Shown here one piece after another: positions 50,764-61,294 of a stretch of 64,000 nt of DNA. The number at the start of each line of letters is the position of its first letter. The first letter of the stretch is position 1. Origin of the DNA: Clostridiales bacterium (lineage in GTDB: Bacteria; Bacillota; Clostridia; Christensenellales; UBA1242); NCBI GenBank assembly GCA_918262735.1, contig CAKJYJ010000005.1, forward strand, positions 6,541-70,540. The letters run 5' to 3'. The position numbers were made by a program, and so were the translations under genes. The notes beneath the pieces were generated by a model. It saw only the letters and a program-made list of their open reading frames with translations. It did no database searches and was not told where the DNA came from.

Positions 50764-51018
50764 TTAATCTTTATTTTCAATAGCGCCAGATTTAACAAGA
50801 AGATTTCTTGCTGTGTCTGTTGGCTGTGCCCCATTTTTAATCCATGTCTTTGCTTTTTCGTTATCGATTTTAATTTCAGCAGGATTTGTTAATGGGTTGT
50901 ATGTTCCAAGAATATCGATAAACTTACCATCTCTTGGGCTACGTGAATCAGCAACGATAACACGATAGAATGGTGATTTTTTATCTCCAAGTCTTGTTAA
51001 TCTAATTTTTACTGCCAT
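50764..51018 (-). CDS. rpsP: 30S ribosomal protein S16
   Basis: The sequence reads [42 protein letters not shown]... Confidence 0.95.
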   Translation of the reverse strand: MAVKIRLTRLGDKKSPFYRVIVADSRSPRDGKFIDILGTYNPLTNPAEIKIDNEKAKTWIKNGAQPTDTARNLLVKSGAIENKD

Positions 51019-51081
51019 GTTTTTATCTCCTTTTTAATAGTTTTGTATATATTTGAACCTTTCGGTTAAATATCAAATTAA

Positions 51082-52395
51082 TTATAATCCAAATAATCGG
51101 CTAATACCCTTTCTGTTCTTAAACTGTTTTAACATTTCTTTTGATTGTTCAAATTGTTTTAGAAGTAGGTTAATGTCTTGTATGGTTGTGCCACTCCCTT
51201 TTGCAATTCTCTTTTTTTGGCTTGCCTTAATTAAATCGGGATTACGGCGCTCTTTAACCGTCATGCTTTGAACAATCGCCTTATTATGAAGAAGTTGTTT
51301 TTCGTCAATTTGAATATTTTGCATACTAAGGCCTGGTATCATTGCAATAATGTCGTTTATATTGCCCATTTTTTTAAGGTTTTCCATTTGAACCAAATAA
51401 TCTTCAAAGGTAAATGAATTTTCCTTAAATGCTTTTTCTAGTTTTTTTGCTTCCTCTTCACTAACGGCTTCCTGTGCTTTATCAATTAATGTCAGCACAT
51501 CACCCATCCCTAAAATTCTAGAAGCAATTCTGTCTGGGTAAAAAGGTTCCAAATCTCCAATTTTTTCACCAATTCCGCAAAACTTAATTGGTTTGTTTGT
51601 GATTGCTTTAATAGAAAGTGCTGCACCACCACGAGTGTCGCCATCTAATTTGGTTAGAATTACACCCGTAACATCTAAGTCATTGTTAAATGCTTCTGCC
51701 ACAGTAACCGCATCCTGACCAGTCATTGAGTCAACCGTTAATAATATTTCGGTTGGGTTGACTTCTTTTTTTATTGCCTTTAACTCATTCATTAACTCCT
51801 CGTTAATGTGAAGCCTACCCGCCGTGTCAATAATCACGGTGTCATAGCCTTGACTTGTGGCAAATTCAACTGCCTGCTTTGCGGTTTTTACCGGGTTTTG
51901 TGTACCTTTTTCAAAGAATGCAATTCCAGCATCTTTCGACACTACCCTTAACTGCTCAATTGCTGCTGGCCTATAAATATCGCAAGCAACCGAAATCGGC
52001 CTTTTACCACTCTTTTTAAGAAGATGCCCTAATTTTGCAGTCATTGTTGTTTTACCAGCACCCTGAAGACCACACATCATAATAATTGTTGGAGGTGCTG
52101 GCGAAACTTTTAATTTTTGGTCTGGACTCTTCATTAGTTCAACAAGTTCTTCGTTAACAATTTTAACAACCTGTTGCCCGGGTGTTAAACTTTTAAGAAC
52201 CGCATCCCCAACCGCCTTTTCTGAGACCCTTTTAATAAAGTCCTTAACAACCAAATAATTAACATCGGCTTCCAAAAGTGCCATTTTTATTTCACGCATA
52301 CTTTCTTTCACTTCAAGTTCGGTTAGTTTACCTCTATTGGTGAGTTTGCTAAAAATATGCGACATTCTTTCACTTAAACTACCAAAAAGACCCAT
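51082..52395 (-). CDS. ffh: Signal recognition particle protein Ffh
   Basis: The NG domain has MMCGLQGAGKTTMTAKL, DTAGRL and TKLDGDTRGGAALS. The Met-rich M domain follows. Confidence 0.95.
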   Translation of the reverse strand: MGLFGSLSERMSHIFSKLTNRGKLTELEVKESMREIKMALLEADVNYLVVKDFIKRVSEKAVGDAVLKSLTPGQQVVKIVNEELVELMKSPDQKLKVSPAPPTIIMMCGLQGAGKTTMTAKLGHLLKKSGKRPISVACDIYRPAAIEQLRVVSKDAGIAFFEKGTQNPVKTAKQAVEFATSQGYDTVIIDTAGRLHINEELMNELKAIKKEVNPTEILLTVDSMTGQDAVTVAEAFNNDLDVTGVILTKLDGDTRGGAALSIKAITNKPIKFCGIGEKIGDLEPFYPDRIASRILGMGDVLTLIDKAQEAVSEEEAKKLEKAFKENSFTFEDYLVQMENLKKMGNINDIIAMIPGLSMQNIQIDEKQLLHNKAIVQSMTVKERRNPDLIKASQKKRIAKGSGTTIQDINLLLKQFEQSKEMLKQFKNRKGISRLFGL

Positions 52396-52397
52396 TC

Positions 52398-52697
52398 TTA
52401 CTCCTTCAAAAGTGAAATTATATCTTGCCTTAAATTGGAACTATTGTCCACAAGATTTGAAAGCTTTTGCCTGAACGCTAAAACCTGTAATTTTGATTCC
52501 AAACCCTCTAATTTTTTTTCGGCAACTTTAATTGAATCTAACACTGCAGGCTTTGAAATTCCAAGAGTATCGGCAATTTCTTGATAACTCATATTATCGT
52601 TAACATACATTGAAAGCATCTCTTGTTTTTTTATTGTTAGTATATTTCCATAAATGTCTAAAAGCATACCAAGCCTAACAGTTTTGTCTAATTCCAT
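52398..52697 (-). CDS. ylxM: YlxM/UPF0122 helix-turn-helix protein (SRP operon)
   Basis: The sequence reads ...LLDIYGNILTIKKQEMLSMYVNDNMSYQEIADTLGISKPAVLDSIK... It sits in the conserved position upstream of ffh. I prefer the ATG at 52697, which has an AGGAG RBS, over the track's GTG at 52703. Confidence 0.8.
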   Translation of the reverse strand: MELDKTVRLGMLLDIYGNILTIKKQEMLSMYVNDNMSYQEIADTLGISKPAVLDSIKVAEKKLEGLESKLQVLAFRQKLSNLVDNSSNLRQDIISLLKE

Positions 52698-52717
52698 TTT
52701 CACTCCTACAAGATGAG

Positions 52718-52737
52718 GTTAAGTAAAATTACTTAAC
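52718..52737. promoter_or_regulatory. 9-bp inverted repeat abutting the ylxM-ffh -10 element (possible operator)
   Basis: The repeat is GTTAAGTAA-aa-TTACTTAAC. It lies 1 nt downstream of the -10 hexamer on the minus strand and about 10 nt upstream of the RBS. Confidence 0.3.
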
Positions 52738-52738
52738 T

Positions 52739-52767
52739 ACTATATCACACAGAAATAAATATTGCAA
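52739..52767 (-). promoter_or_regulatory. Candidate sigma-A promoter of ylxM-ffh (TTGCAA-N17-TATAGT, with TG extended -10)
   Basis: On the minus strand, the -35 is at 52767..52762 and the -10 at 52744..52739. 'TGa' immediately precedes the -10. Confidence 0.5.
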
Positions 52768-52772
52768 GTGTT

Positions 52773-52801
52773 TTGACAAATTTTTTTATTTAGAATAAAA
52801 T
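52773..52801 (+). promoter_or_regulatory. Candidate sigma-A promoter of the YgjV-like gene (TTGACA-N17-TAAAAT)
   Basis: The -35 is at 52773-52778 and the -10 at 52796-52801. It is divergent from the ylxM promoter. The ATG is at 52826. Confidence 0.5.
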
Positions 52802-52825
52802 ATTACATATTTAACAGGGAAAAAC

Positions 52826-53371
52826 ATGTCACAATACACACTCTCACAAATTTTTGCAGTTTTTGCATATATAGTTATTGGTTTGAGTTATTACGCAAAA
52901 AATAAAGAAAAAATACTATTATTAACACTAACAAGCACTACACTATTTTTAATAGAGTATACTTTTTTGCGGGGTACTGGCGCAATGATTGTTAATGCTA
53001 TTGGTATTTTTAGGTGCATTGTATTTTATATTGACGACAAAAAAGGAAGAGTTAAAAACTACATCTCCCTATTGTCGTTTGTTATAATAAGCGTCATTGC
53101 CTCTGCCATTTTCTTAAAAAGTTACATTGAATTAATGGCTATGGGTGCATCAATAATCTTTATATATTCGCTTTGGCAAAGAAACATTCTTGTTTACAGA
53201 TGTTTGGGGGCTTTGAATAGTACAATATGGTTAGTTTACAATTCAATTTATCGCTCAGTTGTTGGAATAATTGGAGAAAGTTCACTGCTTATTGCAACAA
53301 TAATATCCATAATTATTTATCTTGTGACAAATAAAAAGGACAGCATCAACGAAGATAGCCGCCCCCTATAA
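52826..53371 (+). CDS. Small polytopic inner-membrane protein, YgjV-like
   Basis: It has about 6 TM segments in two similar halves (...LFLIEYTFLRGTGAMIVNAIGIFRCIVFY... / ...IFIYSLWQRNILVYRCLGALNSTIWLVYN...). The family call rests on pattern memory only. Confidence 0.4.
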   Translation: MSQYTLSQIFAVFAYIVIGLSYYAKNKEKILLLTLTSTTLFLIEYTFLRGTGAMIVNAIGIFRCIVFYIDDKKGRVKNYISLLSFVIISVIASAIFLKSYIELMAMGASIIFIYSLWQRNILVYRCLGALNSTIWLVYNSIYRSVVGIIGESSLLIATIISIIIYLVTNKKDSINEDSRPL

Positions 53372-54484
53372 TAGTTTTAATGTTATTGCTGATGTAACCC
53401 CAAAATTGTCTGGGGTTATTTTTATGTACTCATCACTTATTGCTATTAAACCCAGTTTTAGTAACTCATCTATTTCTTTGCGTTTATGTTTAAGAATATC
53501 ATAACCACACATATTTAGTTTTTTAATTGAAACACCATTTGCCAGCCTTAATCCAAGCATAATCATTTCTTCAATATGTGCCCGATTTGATATTTTTTCT
53601 TTGGTGCTTTTTTCAACATAATATTCATCAAAATTATCACTATTAGCGTACCTCACTCCACCATAATATGAATGTGCCGAAACACCAAAACCAACATACT
53701 CTCCAACTTCCCAATAATTCACGTTGTGCCGACATTCATATCCTGGAATTGCAAAATTTGATATTTCATATCGCTCAAAACCTTTTTCTTTTAATTTTTT
53801 ATATGTCATATCATAAAGCGCCACAGATTCATCTTCATTAGCAACTTTTACCTGTCCACAATCTACCATCTGTTTAAGCTTTGTCCCATCTTCTAAAATG
53901 AGCATATAAGCAGATATATGTTTAACGCCAGCGGATACCAATTTATTAATTGTTTTACATAAACTAGACTTTGTTTGAAATGGTAAACCAATCATAATGT
54001 CAGCAGATATATTTTCAAATCCTGCTTCTTGAGCAAGCAAAATTGCCTCCATTGCCAAAGCAGAATTATGCCTTCTTCCGATCGCTTTTAGTTCTTTGTT
54101 GTTTAGGCTCTGAACACCAAAACTAATTCTGTTAATACCCAGTCTTTTATATGTTTGCAACTTGGTTAGGCTGACACTACACGGATTACATTCAATTGAA
54201 ATTTCTGGTTTTTTAACAATTTTATAGTGTTTTTTTATTGTTTTTAACACTTTTTCTATATATTTTTCAGAAATAGAACTTGGAGTACCACCGCCAAAAT
54301 AGATGGAGTTGCATACCTTGCCAACAAATAAATTATTCTTATTTTCTATTTCACCGCATAAAAAATCTATGTAGTGTTTTATTTCATTTTCACAAGCAGG
54401 TTTTGAAATAAAACTACAATATAGACATTTTGACAAACAAAAAGGTATATGAACATATATTCCAAAATTTTCACTCTGGCTCAT
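53366..54484 (-). CDS. hemW: Radical SAM heme chaperone HemW (oxygen-independent coproporphyrinogen-III-oxidase-like)
   Basis: The sequence GIYVHIPFCLSKCLYCSF carries the CxxxCxxC motif and is followed by GGGTPS. It sits in the conserved position downstream of lepA. Confidence 0.85.
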   Translation of the reverse strand: MSQSENFGIYVHIPFCLSKCLYCSFISKPACENEIKHYIDFLCGEIENKNNLFVGKVCNSIYFGGGTPSSISEKYIEKVLKTIKKHYKIVKKPEISIECNPCSVSLTKLQTYKRLGINRISFGVQSLNNKELKAIGRRHNSALAMEAILLAQEAGFENISADIMIGLPFQTKSSLCKTINKLVSAGVKHISAYMLILEDGTKLKQMVDCGQVKVANEDESVALYDMTYKKLKEKGFERYEISNFAIPGYECRHNVNYWEVGEYVGFGVSAHSYYGGVRYANSDNFDEYYVEKSTKEKISNRAHIEEMIMLGLRLANGVSIKKLNMCGYDILKHKRKEIDELLKLGLIAISDEYIKITPDNFGVTSAITLKLL

Positions 54485-54495
54485 ATTATAATCCT

Positions 54496-56310
54496 TTATT
54501 CATCATTATCATCGTTGGTTCTAAGTATACTCATAAATGCCTCACTAGGAAGTTCTATTGAACCAATTTTTCTCATACGTTTTTTACCCTCTTTCTGCTT
54601 TTCGAGAAGTTTTCTTTTTCGAGTTATATCGCCACCATAACACTTTGCAAGCACATCTTTTCTCATTGCGGAAATTGTTTCTCTTGCAATTATTTTACCG
54701 CCAACACAGGCCTGAATTGGAACTTCAAAAAGCTGTCTTGGAATAACTTTTTTTAATTTCTCAGCAATTGCTCTACCACGTTCATACGCCTTGTCTTTAT
54801 GTGTTATTAAACTAAGAGCGTCACATGTTTCTCCATTCAATAATATATCCAATCTAACAAGTTCGCTTGGCATAAAACCATTCATTTCATAATCTAAACT
54901 TGCATAACCTTTTGTTCTGGATTTTAAGCTATCAAAAAAATCATAAATTATTTCGCCAAGCGGAATTGTGTAATCTAATCTCACCCTTTGCTTGTCTAAG
55001 TATTGAAGGTCAATATATATACCCCTCTTTTCTTGGCAAAGTTCCATAACCGCCCCAACATATTCTGGCGGTGTAAAAACGTGCAGCTTTACAATTGGTT
55101 CTTCAATTCTGTCTATCTCAACAGTTGGTGGCAGAAGCGACGGATTACTAACTTCCAACATTTGCCCATTCGTTTTATAAACATTATAACTAACACTTGG
55201 CGCCGTTGTTATTATATCTAAATTAAACTCTCGCTCTAGTCTTTCGGTTATTATATCCATATGAAGTAGCCCCAAGAAACCACACCTAAAACCAAAACCA
55301 AGCGCCTTGCTAGATTCCGGCATAAAAACTAATGATGCGTCATTTAATTTTAATTTTTCTAATGCGTCTTTAAGGTCTCCATACTTGCTTCCGTCTGACA
55401 AAAATATTCCACTAAAAACAACCGGCTGAACCTCTTTATATCCCGGTAACTTTTCCGCCGTTGGATTGTCTGCATTTGTTATTGTGTCACCAACCTTTGT
55501 GTCGGTTAAATTTTTTATACTTGCACAAATGTAACCAACGTCTCCAGCAAAGAGTTCGTTTAATGGTTTCATGCTTGGAGTAAACGTTCCAACTTCGGTT
55601 ACTTCATACTCCTTGCCGGTTTGCATCATTCTAATTTTATCGCCAGCCTTACACTTACCATCAAAGATTCTAACAAAACATACCGCACCCTTAAAATTAT
55701 CGTAGTAACTGTCAAAAATAAGAGCCTTCAGTGGCGCACTTTCATCTCCATTTGGATGAGGAACATTTTTTATTATTTGTTCCAAAACCTCGTCAATATT
55801 TATGCCATCCTTGGCTGAAATACAAGGAGCCTCATCAGCAGGAATTCCAATCACATCTTCTATTTCGCTTCTTGTTTTGGGAATGTCGGCACTTGGAAGG
55901 TCAATCTTGTTAATAACTGGCAAAATCTCCAAATTATTATCAATTGCAAGATATGCATTTGCAAGCGTTTGTGCTTCAACACCCTGCGTGGCATCAACAA
56001 TTAAAATTGCCCCCTCGCAAGCAAGAAGTGAACGTGAAACTTCATATGTGAAATCCACGTGTCCAGGAGTGTCAATTAAATTCAAAATGTATTCCTGACC
56101 ATCATATGTGTAAAACATTCTTGTTGGCGTAAGTTTAATTGTTATACCCCTTTCTTTTTCTAGCTCCATACTATCTAGTAATTGGTCACTCATATCGCGT
56201 TTGCTGACCGTTCCTGTTTTTTCAATAAGCCTATCAGCAAGCGTGCTTTTGCCGTGGTCTATATGAGCAACAATACAAAAATTACGTATATTTTTCTGCC
56301 TATCTTGCAT
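54496..56310 (-). CDS. lepA: Translation elongation factor 4 (LepA)
   Basis: Matching segments are [34 protein letters not shown], and the LepA-specific C-terminal domain ...[23 protein letters not shown]. Confidence 0.95.
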   Translation of the reverse strand: MQDRQKNIRNFCIVAHIDHGKSTLADRLIEKTGTVSKRDMSDQLLDSMELEKERGITIKLTPTRMFYTYDGQEYILNLIDTPGHVDFTYEVSRSLLACEGAILIVDATQGVEAQTLANAYLAIDNNLEILPVINKIDLPSADIPKTRSEIEDVIGIPADEAPCISAKDGINIDEVLEQIIKNVPHPNGDESAPLKALIFDSYYDNFKGAVCFVRIFDGKCKAGDKIRMMQTGKEYEVTEVGTFTPSMKPLNELFAGDVGYICASIKNLTDTKVGDTITNADNPTAEKLPGYKEVQPVVFSGIFLSDGSKYGDLKDALEKLKLNDASLVFMPESSKALGFGFRCGFLGLLHMDIITERLEREFNLDIITTAPSVSYNVYKTNGQMLEVSNPSLLPPTVEIDRIEEPIVKLHVFTPPEYVGAVMELCQEKRGIYIDLQYLDKQRVRLDYTIPLGEIIYDFFDSLKSRTKGYASLDYEMNGFMPSELVRLDILLNGETCDALSLITHKDKAYERGRAIAEKLKKVIPRQLFEVPIQACVGGKIIARETISAMRKDVLAKCYGGDITRKRKLLEKQKEGKKRMRKIGSIELPSEAFMSILRTNDDNDE

Positions 56311-56375
56311 ACTTTCTCCTAACTAAAAAGTATTATAACCAAATTCCCTTTCATTTGCAAATGATTTGTTATATT

Positions 56376-56412
56376 ACAAAAAAAACGAGTGGTAACCCAA
56401 ACCTCGTTTTTA
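56376..56412 (-). terminator. Intrinsic terminator after hflX
   Basis: An imperfect hairpin AACGAG..TGG/CCA..CTCGTT (56385-56408) is followed on the minus-strand RNA by U8 (A8 at 56377-56384 on the plus strand). Confidence 0.5.
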
Positions 56413-56430
56413 ATAATAAGTATTAAACAT

Positions 56431-57498
56431 TTAACCCATAAATTCCATTATTCTTTGTTTTAGTTCGTTTATTCCAATGTTTTTCTTTGCAGAAATATAT
56501 ATTCCGTCATTAAACGCTCTGCCTTCAACCAAATCACATTTATTGTAAACCTTAATTATTGGTGATGTGATGTTATTGTCTTTAAGAACTTGTTCAACAA
56601 CTTCAATTTGTTTTTGTTTGTCAACATTTGAATAATCTATAACATGCAATATTAAGTTGGCATCTTGAGCCTCTTCAAGAGTTGACGCAAAAGCATCAAC
56701 CAAGTTGTGTGGAAGTTTGCTAATAAAACCAACAGTATCGGTTAAAACAATTTGTTTGCCATACTCCAAAAACACATTTCTGCTGGTTGTGTCTAGAGTT
56801 GCAAATAATTTATCATCTGCATATATTCCCGCTTTGGAAATAAGGTTTAGAAGCGTGCTTTTGCCGGCATTAGTGTACCCAACAATTGCAACCTTAAAAA
56901 CTCCATTGTTTCTTCGGTTCTTTTTTTGAACATCTCTATTCTGTTTTATTTTTGCAATTTCTTTTTCTAGTTTATAAATATTTTCCTGTGCTATACGTTT
57001 ATCAAGTTCAAGTTTAGTTTCTCCAGGTCCACGCATTCCAACGCCTCCAGAACCAAACCGTCCAGAAGTTCCCTTAATGCTTGCAAGCCTAGGGAGATTG
57101 TATTTTAATTGTGCAAGTTCAACTTGAAGTTTACCTTCATTTGAAATCGCCCTGCCAGCAAAAATATCTAGTATAAGTGTTATTCTATCAATTACTTTAA
57201 CACCCAATACTTCAGAAAGATTTTTTGTTTGTGAACCACTCAGCTCTGCATCAAAAATAACAAGGTTTGCATCTGTTGATTTAACAAGTTCCAAAACCTC
57301 ATCAACCTTTCCTTCGCCGATTAGTGTTGCTGGATTAACTTCTCTAATTAATTGATATGTTGACCCCAAAACATCAAGACCCGCCGTTTCGGCAAGCCTT
57401 TCAAGTTCTTTTAATTGAGCTTTAACATCTTCTTTGTTGGAATATATAACCCCAACCAAAACCGCTTTTTCTTTTAATTTTTCTGTGCTATATGCCAT
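56431..57498 (-). CDS. hflX: GTPase HflX (short form, 355 aa)
   Basis: It has the HflX N-domain (...[32 protein letters not shown]) and a G-domain with [13 protein letters not shown] and DTVGF. Confidence 0.9.
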   Translation of the reverse strand: MAYSTEKLKEKAVLVGVIYSNKEDVKAQLKELERLAETAGLDVLGSTYQLIREVNPATLIGEGKVDEVLELVKSTDANLVIFDAELSGSQTKNLSEVLGVKVIDRITLILDIFAGRAISNEGKLQVELAQLKYNLPRLASIKGTSGRFGSGGVGMRGPGETKLELDKRIAQENIYKLEKEIAKIKQNRDVQKKNRRNNGVFKVAIVGYTNAGKSTLLNLISKAGIYADDKLFATLDTTSRNVFLEYGKQIVLTDTVGFISKLPHNLVDAFASTLEEAQDANLILHVIDYSNVDKQKQIEVVEQVLKDNNITSPIIKVYNKCDLVEGRAFNDGIYISAKKNIGINELKQRIMEFMG

Positions 57499-57553
57499 AA
57501 TGTCCTCTTTAGTTTTTAGTATATACGTTTATGATGGTTTAGTCAAATTTAAT

Positions 57554-58216
57554 TTATGTATTTGAAACAACATCGCCAGTGTTAACATCAATTAAACAAA
57601 AAAATGTGTTGTTTTTTGTGTCAATTATTGAAAAATACCAATATTTTTTATCAAATTCATCTTTCGCTATAATTTTTAAGTATGCTTCTGCAGAAATTTT
57701 TTTGTTTTGTATTAACCCACTTATTTCATTTTTATAATGGTTGACTCCAATAGAAATTGCCCTATTCCAATCAACTTCCCAACCTGATGAGATTTCAATT
57801 AAATCAACCACCTCTGTTTGGTTTTTTAGATGAACACTTATTATATTTTCTTTGGTTAAAAGCCTACAAACATCCGCCATATAAACATCCTCATATGGAC
57901 TTCTTAAAAAAACTATTTCTTCGTCTTGCCCATCAATGCTTACAATGGCCGTTATTGAATAATAGTTATGTGTTTCAAAAAAACAAATTGTTATTACACC
58001 ACATTCAACACTACTTGTGGAAATTCCATCATAATTAAAATTTTCTTCCCGATATCCACAAGACATTGCAACAGAAAAATATGTTCCCCTTCCCTCAAAA
58101 TAATTTACTCTTAAATCTGACACATTTTTCTTTATGATGCTAACGGTAGACTCATTACACCCAGTTACAAAGGGAATAAATATAAATAAAATGATTAATA
58201 GAAATCTTCTTTTCAC
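57554..58216 (-). CDS. Lipoprotein of unknown function (220 aa)
   Basis: The signal peptide MKRRFLLIILFIFIPFVTGC|NEST carries the lipobox VTGC. I recognise no domain. Confidence 0.6.
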   Translation of the reverse strand: MKRRFLLIILFIFIPFVTGCNESTVSIIKKNVSDLRVNYFEGRGTYFSVAMSCGYREENFNYDGISTSSVECGVITICFFETHNYYSITAIVSIDGQDEEIVFLRSPYEDVYMADVCRLLTKENIISVHLKNQTEVVDLIEISSGWEVDWNRAISIGVNHYKNEISGLIQNKKISAEAYLKIIAKDEFDKKYWYFSIIDTKNNTFFCLIDVNTGDVVSNT

Positions 58217-58249
58217 AAAATATAATATGCTAATGTATTGATATTTATT

Positions 58250-58277
58250 TTGATAATTTAATCTAACGTGATAAAAT
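58250..58277 (+). promoter_or_regulatory. Candidate sigma-A promoter of fba (TTGATA-N16-TAAAAT, TG-extended)
   Basis: The -35 is at 58250-58255 and the -10 at 58272-58277, preceded by 'TGa'. An AAGGAG RBS lies at 58287-58292. Confidence 0.5.
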
Positions 58278-58287
58278 ACTTTAGTAA

Positions 58288-59211
<924 letters not shown>

Positions 59212-59252
59212 ATAAAAAATTGCGTTAAAAAAATTTAACGCAATTTTATTTT
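59212..59252. terminator. Bidirectional intrinsic terminator between the convergent fba and yitT-like genes
   Basis: An 11-bp stem ATTGCGTTAAA/TTTAACGCAAT (59219-59229 / 59234-59244) has an A-run upstream and a T-rich run downstream. Confidence 0.7.
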
Positions 59253-59268
59253 GTTATTCAGTTTGCCA

Positions 59269-60207
59269 CTATTCCCTCGCCTTATCGGTTGTTTCGGTAT
59301 CTTCAGATTTTGCAAATTTATTTTTGGTTAGTGGCATAAAACCGTTACCCATTGCTTCAGAGATTGGACACGAAAACATAAAGGCTTTTTTATCTATTTC
59401 GTAAACTATCTGTCTTAACTTTACCGATTCTGACCTTGTTACAAGCGTCATTAAGACCTCTTCATCATTATTGGTATACATTCCAACAGCTCTATACCCC
59501 GTTACGCCACGCTGCATATTGTTTATTATTGCCTCTGCGATTTTTTCATGTTCTTTTGATATGATATAATATCCCCTAACACTTTGCATACCAGACACAA
59601 TTACATCTGACATTTTTGTCATAATATAAATTGCAATTAAAGAATATAGGGCGCAATTTAGATTGTTATACGCAACAAACGATAAAGCAACAACCAATGC
59701 ATCAACAATCAAAACAATATTACCCACGGTTAAAAATCTATATCTTTTGCTCAACAAGTTCGCAAGCATATCGCTACCACCAGTTGAACCGTGTCCTTTA
59801 AAAACGAGCCCCAAACCAATACCTGATAAAAGACCACCATATATTGCACAAAGTATCAAATCGTTATCAGCAAGTCCAATGTTAAACTTACAAACCTGAA
59901 TGAATAGTGAATAGAACGCAATGCCAATTGCAGTGTTAATTGAAAATTTTAATCCCATATTCTTAAATGCAAAAATAAACATAACCGCATTTATTCCAAG
60001 GTACATTATTGAAGCTGGCACATTAATTGCGTATTTTTCCATTAAAACATTTGAAATAATTGCACAGATTCCAGAAAAACCACTTGGTGAAATTCGGTGT
60101 GAATTTAAAAACACATTAAATGAAAATCCCATTAAAAATGTGCCCAAAATTACCAAAAATACGTCAAAAACGTTAGAAAAGTTCTTTTTTGTTAATATTT
60201 TCTTCAT
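59269..60207 (-). CDS. YitT-family membrane protein (with C-terminal DUF2179 domain)
   Basis: It has about 5 TM segments containing GGSTGGSDMLA. The soluble C-terminal domain reads ...VRGYYIISKEHEKIAEAIINNMQRGVTGYRAVGMYTNNDEEVLMTLVTRSE... Confidence 0.8.
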   Translation of the reverse strand: MKKILTKKNFSNVFDVFLVILGTFLMGFSFNVFLNSHRISPSGFSGICAIISNVLMEKYAINVPASIMYLGINAVMFIFAFKNMGLKFSINTAIGIAFYSLFIQVCKFNIGLADNDLILCAIYGGLLSGIGLGLVFKGHGSTGGSDMLANLLSKRYRFLTVGNIVLIVDALVVALSFVAYNNLNCALYSLIAIYIMTKMSDVIVSGMQSVRGYYIISKEHEKIAEAIINNMQRGVTGYRAVGMYTNNDEEVLMTLVTRSESVKLRQIVYEIDKKAFMFSCPISEAMGNGFMPLTKNKFAKSEDTETTDKARE

Positions 60208-60216
60208 TCTTTCTCC

Positions 60217-61278
60217 TTATCTTAGTGCAACCGTTGAATTTGCCGTTAAGTTAAAATCGGCACATTCTAAACCATTTTTCATTTCAAAATATGCACATGC
60301 ACCAATCATTGCACCGTTGTCTGTGCAATATTTTAATTCTGGCATATATAGTTCAACCCCCAGTTTTTCACACTCTGAAGTTAATCTTTGTTTTAAGAAT
60401 GAGTTTGCCGCAACACCACCAGCAACAACCAATTTTTTTAATCCACTTTCATTAATTGCTTTTAGAGTTTTTGTGGTAAGCTCATCAACAACCAAGTTTT
60501 GAAAACTTGCAGAAATGTTAGGAATGTTTATTTCTTCACCTTTCTGCTCTTTATTATGAACATAGTTAATGACTGCGGTTTTTATTCCACTGAATGAAAA
60601 ATTATAAGTTCCGGCTAAAATGTTTTTATGAATGAAATCAATGTTTGCCTCACCTTCTTTTGCATATCTGTCTATGTTGACCCCTCCAGGATAACTTAAA
60701 CCCATTATTCTTGCAACTTTATCAAAACATTCACCAACGGCATCATCAACTGTTGAACCAATAAGCTCAAAGTCGGTATAGCTTTTAACATTCAGAATTG
60801 CTGTGTGTCCACCACTAACAAGTAGACATATAAATGGTGGCTCTAGATTTTGATGCGAAATATAATTGCTGGCAATATGCCCTTTAATATGGCTTATAGC
60901 AAGTAAAGGTTTATTTAGGGCATAAGCCAAGCCCTTTGCATAATTCACGCCAACCAGCAATGCCCCCAACAGCCCAGCACCGTATGTTACTGCAATTGCA
61001 TCAATATCATCAAATGTTAAACAAGCCTGAGCCAGAGCTTCGTTGGTTACATTTTCAATTGCAAGAATATGATTTCTTGATGCAACCTCGGGAACAACAC
61101 CCCCAAAGCGTTTGTGAATATCTATTTGTGTTGCAATAACGCATGACAAAACCTTTCTGCCATTTTCAACTATTGCCACGCTTGTTTCATCACAAGAGGA
61201 TTCTATTGACAGAATTCTAACAGTATCTTTACTTCTTAATTCTTTTAATTTTATATCCATTTGTTGTTTATAGTTCAT
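60217..61278 (-). CDS. tsaD: tRNA N6-adenosine threonylcarbamoyltransferase TsaD
   Basis: Matching segments are ILSIESSCDETSVAIV, VASRNH, GHIASN, LLVSGGHT and VAGGVAANSFL. Confidence 0.95.
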   Translation of the reverse strand: MNYKQQMDIKLKELRSKDTVRILSIESSCDETSVAIVENGRKVLSCVIATQIDIHKRFGGVVPEVASRNHILAIENVTNEALAQACLTFDDIDAIAVTYGAGLLGALLVGVNYAKGLAYALNKPLLAISHIKGHIASNYISHQNLEPPFICLLVSGGHTAILNVKSYTDFELIGSTVDDAVGECFDKVARIMGLSYPGGVNIDRYAKEGEANIDFIHKNILAGTYNFSFSGIKTAVINYVHNKEQKGEEINIPNISASFQNLVVDELTTKTLKAINESGLKKLVVAGGVAANSFLKQRLTSECEKLGVELYMPELKYCTDNGAMIGACAYFEMKNGLECADFNLTANSTVALR

Positions 61279-61294
61279 TGTTTTTTCTTCTTTT

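Noticed and set aside
59921-60502. A 193-aa plus-strand ORF spanning the yitT-like/tsaD junction.
   Set aside because: It is antisense to two well-supported conserved genes and crosses their intergenic spacer, and its translation looks meaningless. The same reasoning applies to 53..268 (antisense to clpB), 45718..45930, 46243..46943, 58533..59177, 38486..39506 and 35737..36588.
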